Shown: positions 11,410 through 19,009 of the stretch, in pieces
Numbering within the stretch: the first letter of the stretch is position 1
Layout of the letters: each line of letters starts with the position of its first letter
Source: Paraconexibacteraceae bacterium
GTDB taxonomy: Bacteria; Actinomycetota; Thermoleophilia; Solirubrobacterales; Solirubrobacteraceae
Assembly: GCA_963759825.1 (NCBI GenBank)
Contig: CAVXAS010000007.1
Span: forward strand, 71,421 to 103,420
Reading direction: 5' to 3'
Length of the DNA stretch: 32,000 nucleotides
Position numbers and translations under genes: made by a program
The notes under the pieces: model-generated
Told to the model about the DNA's origin: nothing
What the model saw: only the letters and a program-made list of their open reading frames with translations
Databases searched by the model: none

Positions 11410-12054
11410 GTGCATCTGCGCCTGTGGGGCTTTCGGCTGTCGCCATTCGCGGGCCGCGTTCGCGCGACGCTGCGAGAGAAGGGCGTGGACGACGTCGAGC
11501 TCGTGGACATCCACCCGGCCAAGCGCCCGGCACGGCTGCGGGAGCTGAACCCGAACAACCGCGTGCCGGTGCTCGAGGTCGACGACGTGGCGTTGCGCGA
11601 GTCATCGAACATCTGCGAGTGGATCGAGGACACCTATCCCGAGCCGCCGCTGTGGCCCTCTGAGGCGACTGTTCGCGCGCACGGCCGCGGCGTCGCGCTG
11701 TGGGTCGAGACCGAGCTCGTCGTGCCGTTCTTCCTCGCGATGAATCGCCAGGCGTTCGGCCTGCGCGAAGGTGAGCCCGAGGACATCGCTGCGCGCAACT
11801 TCGCGCGCGTGCCCCGTCGCTGGTCGCAGCTCGAGGCGCTGCTGGGCGCAAGCGCCGGCCCGTGGATGCTCGGTGAGCGCTTCACGCACGCCGACCTGGC
11901 GGGCATGGCGCTCGCGGTCCGGCTGCCCGAGTGGCGGCCCGACCTGCAGCCCGGTCCCGGCGAGCACCCGCGCGCGGCTGCCTGGCTCGCCGCGCTGCGC
12001 GAGCGTCCGAGCGTCGCGGCGATCGACGAGAAGGGGACGCCCGTCACCTCATAG
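11410..12054 (+). CDS. Glutathione S-transferase family protein
   Basis: The N-terminal thioredoxin-like GST fold reads LWGFRLSPFAGRVRATLREKGV...NPNNRVPVLEVDD..LRESSNICEWIED. GTG start. Confidence 0.85.
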   Translation: MHLRLWGFRLSPFAGRVRATLREKGVDDVELVDIHPAKRPARLRELNPNNRVPVLEVDDVALRESSNICEWIEDTYPEPPLWPSEATVRAHGRGVALWVETELVVPFFLAMNRQAFGLREGEPEDIAARNFARVPRRWSQLEALLGASAGPWMLGERFTHADLAGMALAVRLPEWRPDLQPGPGEHPRAAAWLAALRERPSVAAIDEKGTPVTS

Positions 12055-12149
12055 CTACGCGGCCTCCGCGTCCGATAACCGGCGGCGAGCAGGCGTGACG
12101 ATCTGCTGGGCGTTCGCCTCGCTCAGGCCAAGCACCGCCGCAGGGGCCC

Positions 12150-12905
12150 TCAGGTCGCCGAGACCCGCGCCGACAACCAGTCGGCTAGCGGCACGCTCGC
12201 GATGTGCGCCCGCGGCCCCGGCAGCAGGGCGCCGTCGCCGACCACCGACCCGAAGTACTGCGCATCGGGGTCGGGGACGACGCGCCGGCGATCGCCCATC
12301 GCGGCGAGCACGCGCGCGATCGCGTCGCCGAACGTGTACGCGCCAGGCCCGGCGATCTCGACGACATCGTCCGCCGGCGGCCGTGTCGCGACCTCGGCCA
12401 CGAACGCGGCCACATCAACGGCCGCGATCGGCTGCACCCTGGTGTCGGGGACGCGGACGACCTCGCCGTCGGTTCCGGCGTCGGCGATGCGCGCGAGGAA
12501 CTCCATGAACTGCGTCGAGTGGATGATCGTGAACGGCACCTGTGCCTCCCGGACCAGCGCCTCCTGCGCGACCTTGGCGCGCATGTAGCCGCTCTCGGGC
12601 AAGCGCTCGCAGCCGAGGACCGACAGCGCCACGTGGTGGCGGGCCCCGGCCCGGCGACCCGCCTCCAGGGCGTTGCGGGTCACGGTCGTGAAGAACCGCA
12701 CGACCTTCTCGTCGCCCCAATCGGGCGCGTTGGAGACGTCGACGACGACGTCGGCGCCGGTCATCGCCTTCTCGAGCCCTTCGCCGGTCAGGGCGTCGAT
12801 CCCGAACGCCGGCGACGCCGCGACGGCTTGATGTCCAGCGTCGTACAGCGCGGTCATGACCTTGTCGCCGATCAGTCCGCTGCCGCCTATGACGACGATG
12901 CGCAT
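12150..12905 (-). CDS. NAD(P)H-binding NmrA-like/atypical SDR oxidoreductase (paralog 2)
   Basis: Rossmann start MRIVVIGGSGLIGDKV. A strong SD AAAGGAGA lies upstream of ATG 12905. It is about half identical by eye to 13132-13893. The longer ORF to 13070 is an Arg-rich extension. Confidence 0.85.
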   Translation of the reverse strand: MRIVVIGGSGLIGDKVMTALYDAGHQAVAASPAFGIDALTGEGLEKAMTGADVVVDVSNAPDWGDEKVVRFFTTVTRNALEAGRRAGARHHVALSVLGCERLPESGYMRAKVAQEALVREAQVPFTIIHSTQFMEFLARIADAGTDGEVVRVPDTRVQPIAAVDVAAFVAEVATRPPADDVVEIAGPGAYTFGDAIARVLAAMGDRRRVVPDPDAQYFGSVVGDGALLPGPRAHIASVPLADWLSARVSAT

Positions 12906-12916
12906 GGTGTCTCCTT

Positions 12917-13135
12917 TCAGTAGGCGGCGAGCCGCTCGTTGGCCTCGGCCAGTCCGTGCGCCAGGCTGGTGGTGTCCACCAGCCACGGCAAGCCGTCGGC
13001 GCGGGGCTCGATGCGCAGGTGCAGGCGCCCGTCGTGCACGACGGTGACGCCCATCATCTGGCGCGCGCACCAGAACTCCGCTTCGTTGTTGTAGGCCTCC
13101 TCGGGGCCGGTGACGATCACCTCGATCGCGTTCAT
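12917..13135 (-). CDS. Hypothetical small protein (72 aa)
   Basis: ATG 13135 overlaps the stop of the upstream SDR gene (ATGA). The frame is GC3-rich: MNAIEVIVTGPEEAYNNEAEFWCARQMMGVTVVHDGRLHLRIEP... No family recognised. Confidence 0.6.
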   Translation of the reverse strand: MNAIEVIVTGPEEAYNNEAEFWCARQMMGVTVVHDGRLHLRIEPRADGLPWLVDTTSLAHGLAEANERLAAY

Positions 13136-13893
13136 CGCACTGCCTCCTCCTGCTGCGTGGCGAACCAGGCGTCGAAGTCGATCGGCCCGATGCGGGCCCC
13201 TACGCCCGCTGTCAGCTCGCCGCCGTGCAGCTCGGTGCCGAAGTAGCGCGCGTGCGTGTCGGGGGTCACCTGCCGGTCGTCGCCGGTGGCGGCGAACAAG
13301 CGCCGCGCCCACGCGTCGACGCTCAGCGCCTCGGGCCCGCCGAGCTCGACGATGCCGTTGGCCGGCGCACCGGTCGCCAGCTCGGCCACGGTCGCGGCGA
13401 CGTCGTCGGCTGCGACGAGCTGCATCAGCCCGGTGGGGAGGCGGACGCCGCCGTCCTCGGCACCGGACTCGACGATCTGCGCCAGGAACTCGAAGAACTG
13501 CGTCGAGCGCAGGATCGTGTACGGGACATCCCCGGCCACGACCTCGGCCTCTTGCGCGACCTTCGCACGTAGGTACCCGCTGTCGGGGAGCAGGTCGCAG
13601 CCGACGATGCTGACCGCGAGGTGGTGGCCGACGCCGGCCTCGCGCTCGGCCGCCAGGAGGTTGCGCGACGACGTCACGAAGAACTCCTTGACCGCGTCGT
13701 CGTCCCAGACCGGCGAGTTCGAGACGTCGACGACGACGTCGGCGCCTGCCATCACCTCGGTGAGGCCTTCGCCGGTGATGGTGTCGACGCCGGTGTTCGG
13801 CGACGCGGGCACGGCAGTGTGCCCCTTCGCCTCCAGGCGGCGGACGACGTTGCTACCAACTCGTCCGCTGCCACCGATGACCACGATCCGCAT
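13132..13893 (-). CDS. NAD(P)H-binding NmrA-like/atypical SDR oxidoreductase (paralog 1)
   Basis: MRIVVIGGSGRVGSNVV Rossmann motif; 253 aa. Confidence 0.85.
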   Translation of the reverse strand: MRIVVIGGSGRVGSNVVRRLEAKGHTAVPASPNTGVDTITGEGLTEVMAGADVVVDVSNSPVWDDDAVKEFFVTSSRNLLAAEREAGVGHHLAVSIVGCDLLPDSGYLRAKVAQEAEVVAGDVPYTILRSTQFFEFLAQIVESGAEDGGVRLPTGLMQLVAADDVAATVAELATGAPANGIVELGGPEALSVDAWARRLFAATGDDRQVTPDTHARYFGTELHGGELTAGVGARIGPIDFDAWFATQQEEAVR

Positions 13894-15094
13894 GAGGTGT
13901 TCCTTCCTGTTGGTGTGTGAGAGTTCGAAGATCGGCCGGCTCGAGCTCCCAGAGCGCCAGCCCGAGCAGCACGGCGCCGACGATGGCGCTGAGCGCGAAC
14001 GCGCTGATGTGGGGAGCGACCGGCAGGAGCAGCAGGAGCAGCGCGGCGACCGCGAGCCGCTTGGCGTTCGCGGGATCGCCCGTCACGCGCGTACGAAACA
14101 GGCTCTCGCCGACGAGGAAGAGCGCCGGCCCGCCGATGACGACTGCCAGGCCGACGTCGTGCGCCGCGTCGCGCGGGTGGGCGACGAGCAAGTCATCGCC
14201 GACCGCGACGGCGATGATCCCGGCGACGATCGGAACGTGCAGGTAGGTGTAGGCGTCGCGCGCCAGCCGGCCGGGGTCCTCGCAGGTGCGCATGACGTGG
14301 CGCGTCCGCTCCGCTACCGCGCCGAAGTACAGCCACCACAGTGCCGCGGTCTGCACGAACGCCACGCCGAGGGCGAGCACGACCGTCGCGGTGAGGCCGG
14401 CGTCCGCGGCGGTGGCGCCGGTCACGACGATCGACTCGCCGAGCGCGATGATGATGAACAGCTCGCAGCGCTCGGTGAAATGGCCGCCCTCGATGTCCCA
14501 GTCGGTCGTCGCCGCGCGCCCGCGTCGCGGCAGCCAGTAGCCGGCGAAGGGCGCGCAGAGGTCGAGCACGATCGCCGGGACCCAAAGCAGCAGCCGCTCG
14601 TCGCCGTCGAGCGTCGCGCCGACGAGCCACAGCGCGCCCGAGGCGACGCTCCAGCCGACGAGGCGCTCGAAGACGTCGCGCAGCGGGTGGTCCTTGCGCA
14701 GAAGGGCGGCGGCGGCGACGTTGCGCCCGACCTGGAGCACGACGTAGCTCACGGCGAAGAGGACGCCGTCGGCGCCGAATGCGCCCGGCAGCGCCGCCGC
14801 CATCAGCAGGCTGGCGAGCATCACGCCGGTGAGGACGAAGCGAACGGCCGCCGACGCCGGGTCAAACCAGTTCGCCATCCACGTCGTGTAGATCCACGCC
14901 CACCACACGACCAGCAACAGGAACGCCGCGCGCGCGAGCCCGGCGACCGAGAGGTCCTCGAGGATCAGATGCGATAGCTGCGTGATCGCGAAGACGTAGA
15001 CGAGGTCGAAGAACAGCTCGATCGTCGTCGTCGGCTGCCCGGCGGCGTCACCGCGGGGGCGCAGATGGCGGGCTGGCAACGATGCGGCGGTCAC
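13853..15094 (-). CDS. ltrA: Low temperature requirement protein A (LtrA) family membrane protein
   Basis: N-terminal TTIELFFDLVYVFAITQLSHLI signature and a multi-pass hydrophobic profile. GTG start 15094 overlaps the upstream stop (GTGA). Confidence 0.8.
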   Translation of the reverse strand: MTAASLPARHLRPRGDAAGQPTTTIELFFDLVYVFAITQLSHLILEDLSVAGLARAAFLLLVVWWAWIYTTWMANWFDPASAAVRFVLTGVMLASLLMAAALPGAFGADGVLFAVSYVVLQVGRNVAAAALLRKDHPLRDVFERLVGWSVASGALWLVGATLDGDERLLLWVPAIVLDLCAPFAGYWLPRRGRAATTDWDIEGGHFTERCELFIIIALGESIVVTGATAADAGLTATVVLALGVAFVQTAALWWLYFGAVAERTRHVMRTCEDPGRLARDAYTYLHVPIVAGIIAVAVGDDLLVAHPRDAAHDVGLAVVIGGPALFLVGESLFRTRVTGDPANAKRLAVAALLLLLLPVAPHISAFALSAIVGAVLLGLALWELEPADLRTLTHQQEGTPHADRGHRWQRTSW

Positions 15095-15363
15095 CGCCGC
15101 ACGAGCCGGTGCAGGAACATCGTCGATCCGTGCGCGTGGTGGTGCGCGCGCACGCGGCGCACGAGCATGGTCGGCAGGACGATCGCGGCGACGACTGCCG
15201 CGATCACCGCCGAGATGGCGATGAACGGCACGGCCACCACCGCGGCCAGGATCAGGAGTGGCGGGGATACCAGCAGCCCGATCAGGGCGACCACTGCGAT
15301 CTCGACGATGCGCAGTCCGCCGCCGGCGACTTCAACCTCATTGCCGATGCTCATGGTCGTCAA
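15091..15363 (-). CDS. Small hydrophobic membrane protein with a basic His-rich tail
   Basis: Two hydrophobic helices (IVEIAVVALIGLLVSPPLLILAAVVAVPFIAISAVIAAVVAAIVL), then RRVRAHHHAHGS. TTG 15363 or, more likely, ATG 15354 is the start. Translationally coupled to ltrA. Confidence 0.55.
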   Translation of the reverse strand: MTTMSIGNEVEVAGGGLRIVEIAVVALIGLLVSPPLLILAAVVAVPFIAISAVIAAVVAAIVLPTMLVRRVRAHHHAHGSTMFLHRLVRR

Positions 15364-15520
15364 CGGTGCCGGAGCGCAGCGCGCGTCTCGTCAGGGTGGG
15401 TCCCGAGTCGATACCCCAGTCCGGGGAACCCGGCCGCGACGACTGCTGTCGCGGCGCTCATGGCGCCGAGCCGACGCCGTCCGCTGACGGACGTTTCACC
15501 CGCGATAATGCCTCGCGGCC

Positions 15521-18265
15521 ATGCCCGACGCGCTCGCGCCATCATCGCGGCTCCTCGACCGTGTCGGCGAGCGCGATGCGCTGGAACGGCTCGTCGCGGA
15601 TGCGCGCCTGGGTCGCAGCCGCGTGCTGGTCCTCCGCGGCGAGGCCGGCGTGGGCAAGACCGCCCTGCTACGCCACCTATCTGCGGCCGCGGACGGATGC
15701 CGGATCGCGCTGGCGGCAGGCGTCGAGTCCGAGATGGAGCTCCCATTCGCCGGCCTGCATGCGCTGTGCGCCCCGATGCTCGATCAGCTCGAGCGCCTGC
15801 CAGGCCCGCAGCGCGACGCACTGAGCACGGCGTTCGGCCTGAGCGCAGGCCCGCCGCCGGATCGCTTCTTCGTCGGACTGGCCGTCCTGAGCCTGGTGGC
15901 CGACGCCGCCGAGGAGCGCGCTCTCGTCTGCATCGTCGACGACGCGCAGTGGCTCGACCGGGTGTCCGCGCAGACGCTCGCGTTCGTGGCACGTCGTCTG
16001 CTGGCGGAGCGGGTGGCGCTGGTGTTTGCGATGCGCGACTCCGGCGCAGGCGGCGAGCACAAGCTCGACGGGCTGCCCGAGCTCGTCATCGAGGGGCTGC
16101 CGGCCGACGACGCGCAACTCCTGCTGGACGCGACGATCGCCGGGCCGCTCGACGGGCGGGTGAGGGCACGGATCCTGGACGAGGCACGCGGCAACCCCCT
16201 CGCACTGATCGAGCTGCCGCGGGGATTGTCGCCGGCAGAGCTCGCGGGAGGCTTCGCGCTACCCGGCGCGCGCTCGTTGACGACGCGCATCGAGCACACC
16301 TTCCTGCAGCGCGTCCAGCCGCTGCCGCGCGACGCGCAGATGCTCCTGTTGACGGCGGCGGCCGAGCCGCTGGGCGATTCGAGCCTGCTGTGGCGCGCCG
16401 CCGCGTACCTCGGGATCGAGAGCGAGGCCGGGCGCCTGGCCGAGGCCGCGGGGTTGATCGAGCTCGGTCCGCGCGTGCTCTTCCCGCATCCGCTCGTCCG
16501 CTCGGCGGTCTATCGCGGGTCGGACCCGAGCGATCGCCGCGACGTGCACCGCGCGCTCGCCGAGTCGACCGACGCGGTCGCCGATCCCGATCGCCGCGCC
16601 TGGCATCGCGCACACGCCACGGTGGCGCCCGACGAGGCAGTTGCCGCCGAGATGGTGCGCTCGGCCGACCGCGCACAGCGCCGCGGTGGGCTGGCTGCAG
16701 CCGCCGCGTTCATGCAGCGCGCGGCCGAGCTGACACCAGCGCCGACGGTGCGAATCGAGCGCGCGCTTGCCGCGGCGCAGGCGAAGCTCGACGTCGCCGA
16801 CACGGTCGCAGCGGCACAGCTCCTTGCTGACGCTCAGCTCGAGCCTGTGGACGAACTGCAACGCGCGCGGCTGGAACGCCTGGGCGCGCAGATCGTCTTC
16901 GCCAGCCAGCGCGGGCGCGACGCGCCGCCGTTGCTGCTCGCGGCGGCCAGGCGGCTTGATCCGCTCGACCCTGCGATGGCTCGCGAGACGTACCTCGAGG
17001 CGCTTGCCGCGGCGATGTTCGCCGGGCGCCTCGGCACCGGCCCCGATGAGTCGCAGGTGGCCGAGGCCGCGCGAGCGTGCCGTCAGGGACAGACCAAGAG
17101 CCCCGCCGACCTGTTGCTCGGCGCCCTCGTCACGCGCTTCACGGACGGGTACGCGGCAGCCGTCGCGCCGTTCTCGCGGGCGTTCCGCGCGTTCGGCGGG
17201 CCCGACGCCGGCGGAGAGGACCGGCGCTGGCTGTGGCTGGCGTGTCGTTTCGCACAGGACCTCTGGGACGACGAGTCCTGGCACCTGCTTGCGACCCGTG
17301 GCGTGACGATCGCGCGGGAAACCGGCGCGCTGCATCTGCTTCCGAACGCGCTCAACTACCTGGCCGCACTCAACATCCATTCCGGCGATTTCGCCGCCGC
17401 TGCGTCGCAGGTCGACGAGGTGATCGCGCTCGAGGAGGCCACAGGGCTTCCGCCCCTGCGGTACTCGTGGGGCCTGCTGGCGACGGCTCGCGGCAAGGAT
17501 TCGCAGGAGGTCTACGACTACGCATGGAACAACTCGTCCGAGCGCGGCGAGGGTTCGGCTCATGGGATGTACTGGCGCTTCAGGGCGCTTCTGCACAACG
17601 CAAACGGCCGCTACGCCGAAGCGCTCAGCGATGCCCAGCGGGCATGCGAGCGCGAAGACGTCATGTCGTACGGCTGGGCGCTCGTCGAGCTGATCGAGGG
17701 CGCCGTTCGCGGCGGTGCGCCGGACGAGGCGGTGGTCGCGCTGGAGCGTCTCAGCGAGCGCACGCAGGCGAGTGGCACCGAGTGGGCGCTGGGGACCGAA
17801 GCGCGCTGCCGCGCCCTGGTGACCGGTGACGAGGCCCTCTACGAGGAGTCGATCGAGCGCCTCGGGCGCAGCCGCGCGGCCTACGAGCTCGCACGCAGCC
17901 GGCTCGTCTACGGCGAGTGGCTGCGGCGCGAGAACCGGCGCACGGACGCGCGCGAGGCCCTTCGCGCCGCCCACGAGAGCTTCAGCAAGATGGGGGCCGA
18001 GGCGTTCGCCGAGCGCGCCCGCCGCGAGCTCGTCGCCACGGGTGAGACCGTGCGCCGGATCACCGCCGAGACACGCGACGTCCTGACGGCTCAGGAGATC
18101 CAGGTCGCGCGGCTGGCGCGCGACGGGCATACGAATCCGGAGATCGGCGCCCAGCTGTTCATCAGCCCGCGCACGGTCGAGTACCACCTCCACAAGGTGT
18201 TCCGCAAGCTCAACGTCAGCACCCGCCGGGAGCTGCGCGACGTGCTCGCCGATCAGCCCGCCTGA
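15521..18265 (+). CDS. Large ATP-binding LuxR-family regulator (LAL/MalT-like)
   Basis: Walker A GEAGVGKTALL (15638-15661), a long helical/TPR-like middle region, and C-terminal LuxR HTH LTAQEIQVARLARDGHTNPEIGAQLFISPRTVEYHLHKVFRKLNV. Confidence 0.9.
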   Translation: MPDALAPSSRLLDRVGERDALERLVADARLGRSRVLVLRGEAGVGKTALLRHLSAAADGCRIALAAGVESEMELPFAGLHALCAPMLDQLERLPGPQRDALSTAFGLSAGPPPDRFFVGLAVLSLVADAAEERALVCIVDDAQWLDRVSAQTLAFVARRLLAERVALVFAMRDSGAGGEHKLDGLPELVIEGLPADDAQLLLDATIAGPLDGRVRARILDEARGNPLALIELPRGLSPAELAGGFALPGARSLTTRIEHTFLQRVQPLPRDAQMLLLTAAAEPLGDSSLLWRAAAYLGIESEAGRLAEAAGLIELGPRVLFPHPLVRSAVYRGSDPSDRRDVHRALAESTDAVADPDRRAWHRAHATVAPDEAVAAEMVRSADRAQRRGGLAAAAAFMQRAAELTPAPTVRIERALAAAQAKLDVADTVAAAQLLADAQLEPVDELQRARLERLGAQIVFASQRGRDAPPLLLAAARRLDPLDPAMARETYLEALAAAMFAGRLGTGPDESQVAEAARACRQGQTKSPADLLLGALVTRFTDGYAAAVAPFSRAFRAFGGPDAGGEDRRWLWLACRFAQDLWDDESWHLLATRGVTIARETGALHLLPNALNYLAALNIHSGDFAAAASQVDEVIALEEATGLPPLRYSWGLLATARGKDSQEVYDYAWNNSSERGEGSAHGMYWRFRALLHNANGRYAEALSDAQRACEREDVMSYGWALVELIEGAVRGGAPDEAVVALERLSERTQASGTEWALGTEARCRALVTGDEALYEESIERLGRSRAAYELARSRLVYGEWLRRENRRTDAREALRAAHESFSKMGAEAFAERARRELVATGETVRRITAETRDVLTAQEIQVARLARDGHTNPEIGAQLFISPRTVEYHLHKVFRKLNVSTRRELRDVLADQPA

Positions 18266-18304
18266 CGATGTAGCTGCTAGCGTGCGTCTCATGACGCTAC
18301 ATCG
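18266..18304. promoter_or_regulatory. 9-bp inverted repeat CGATGTAGC / GCTACATCG with a 21-nt spacer, candidate TA operator
   Basis: The arms are at 18266-18274 and 18296-18304. They bracket the candidate antitoxin start codons (GTG 18282, ATG 18291). Confidence 0.35.
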
Positions 18305-18566
18305 CGACGAAGAGGAGGTCGGCGTTCGCGCTTTGCACGATCGGTTGAGCGAGCACCTCGATCGCGTCGAGCAGGGCGTCGAGATCGTCGTGACGCGTCG
18401 CGGCAAGAGGGTTGCGCGCCTGTCGGCGATCGACCGCGACGAGGCGCTGGCAGAGCTCGTGCGACGCGGTCTCGTGCGCCTGCCCGAACGACCACGCTCG
18501 CGTCGCCGCGCGACAGTGGCTGCCAGAGGGTCTGTGTCTGATCTGGTGGCGGAGCAGCGGCGCTGA
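18282..18566 (+). CDS. vapB: Phd/YefM-type antitoxin
   Basis: VGVRALHDRLSEHLDRVEQGVEIVVTRRGKRVARL. It is a paralog of 11073-11342; both end in ...E(D/Q)RR. An alternative start is ATG 18291. Confidence 0.8.
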   Translation: MRLMTLHRDEEEVGVRALHDRLSEHLDRVEQGVEIVVTRRGKRVARLSAIDRDEALAELVRRGLVRLPERPRSRRRATVAARGSVSDLVAEQRR

Positions 18567-18982
18567 GGCTGTACTTCGACACCTCGGCGCTGATCAAGCT
18601 GATCGTCGTCGAGGACGGCTCGGATCTCGCGACCGAGCTGTGGAGCAGCTACCCGGCGTCCTCCAGCGTCCTTGCCTACCCGGAGTCGCGCGCGGCGCTG
18701 GCCGCGGCGCGGCGGGCAAAGCGCTTGACCGCCCGCGCCCACAACCGCGCGGTGGCGGAGCTCGATGCGCTCAATGCCGAGCTCGTGATCATCGGCGTCG
18801 ACGACCTCCTGGCCCACCGCGCCGGCGCGCTCGCGGACACGCACGCGCTGCGCGGGTACGACGCGCTGCATCTCGCAAGCGCTCTCGCGCTCGGTCCAGG
18901 GGAGACGATCCTCGTCACCTGGGACCGCGCTCTCAGCGACGCCGCCGTCGAGGCCGGCCTCGCGGTCGCGCCGGCCATTTGA
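18563..18982 (+). CDS. vapC: PIN-domain toxin (VapC-like) with no canonical start codon upstream of the catalytic Asp
   Basis: The frame opens at 18542 after a TGA and reads LRLYFDTSALIKLIVV...THALRGYDALHLASAL. The first ATG/GTG/TTG in frame is TTG 18725, which would delete the N-terminal half of the PIN domain. CTG 18563-18565 overlaps the antitoxin stop (CTGA). Confidence 0.8.
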   Translation: MRLYFDTSALIKLIVVEDGSDLATELWSSYPASSSVLAYPESRAALAAARRAKRLTARAHNRAVAELDALNAELVIIGVDDLLAHRAGALADTHALRGYDALHLASALALGPGETILVTWDRALSDAAVEAGLAVAPAI

Positions 18983-19009
18983 CGCCAAACCGGGAAACCA
19001 CGGTTTCCG

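Noticed and set aside
15433-15455. A small GC hairpin (GCCGCGAC-N7-GTCGCGGC) in the spacer upstream of the LuxR gene, and a similar 6-bp stem at 12057-12071 after the GST stop.
   Set aside because: The stems are short, there is no U-tract, and such stems are expected by chance in sequence of this GC content. This is not enough to call terminators or operators.
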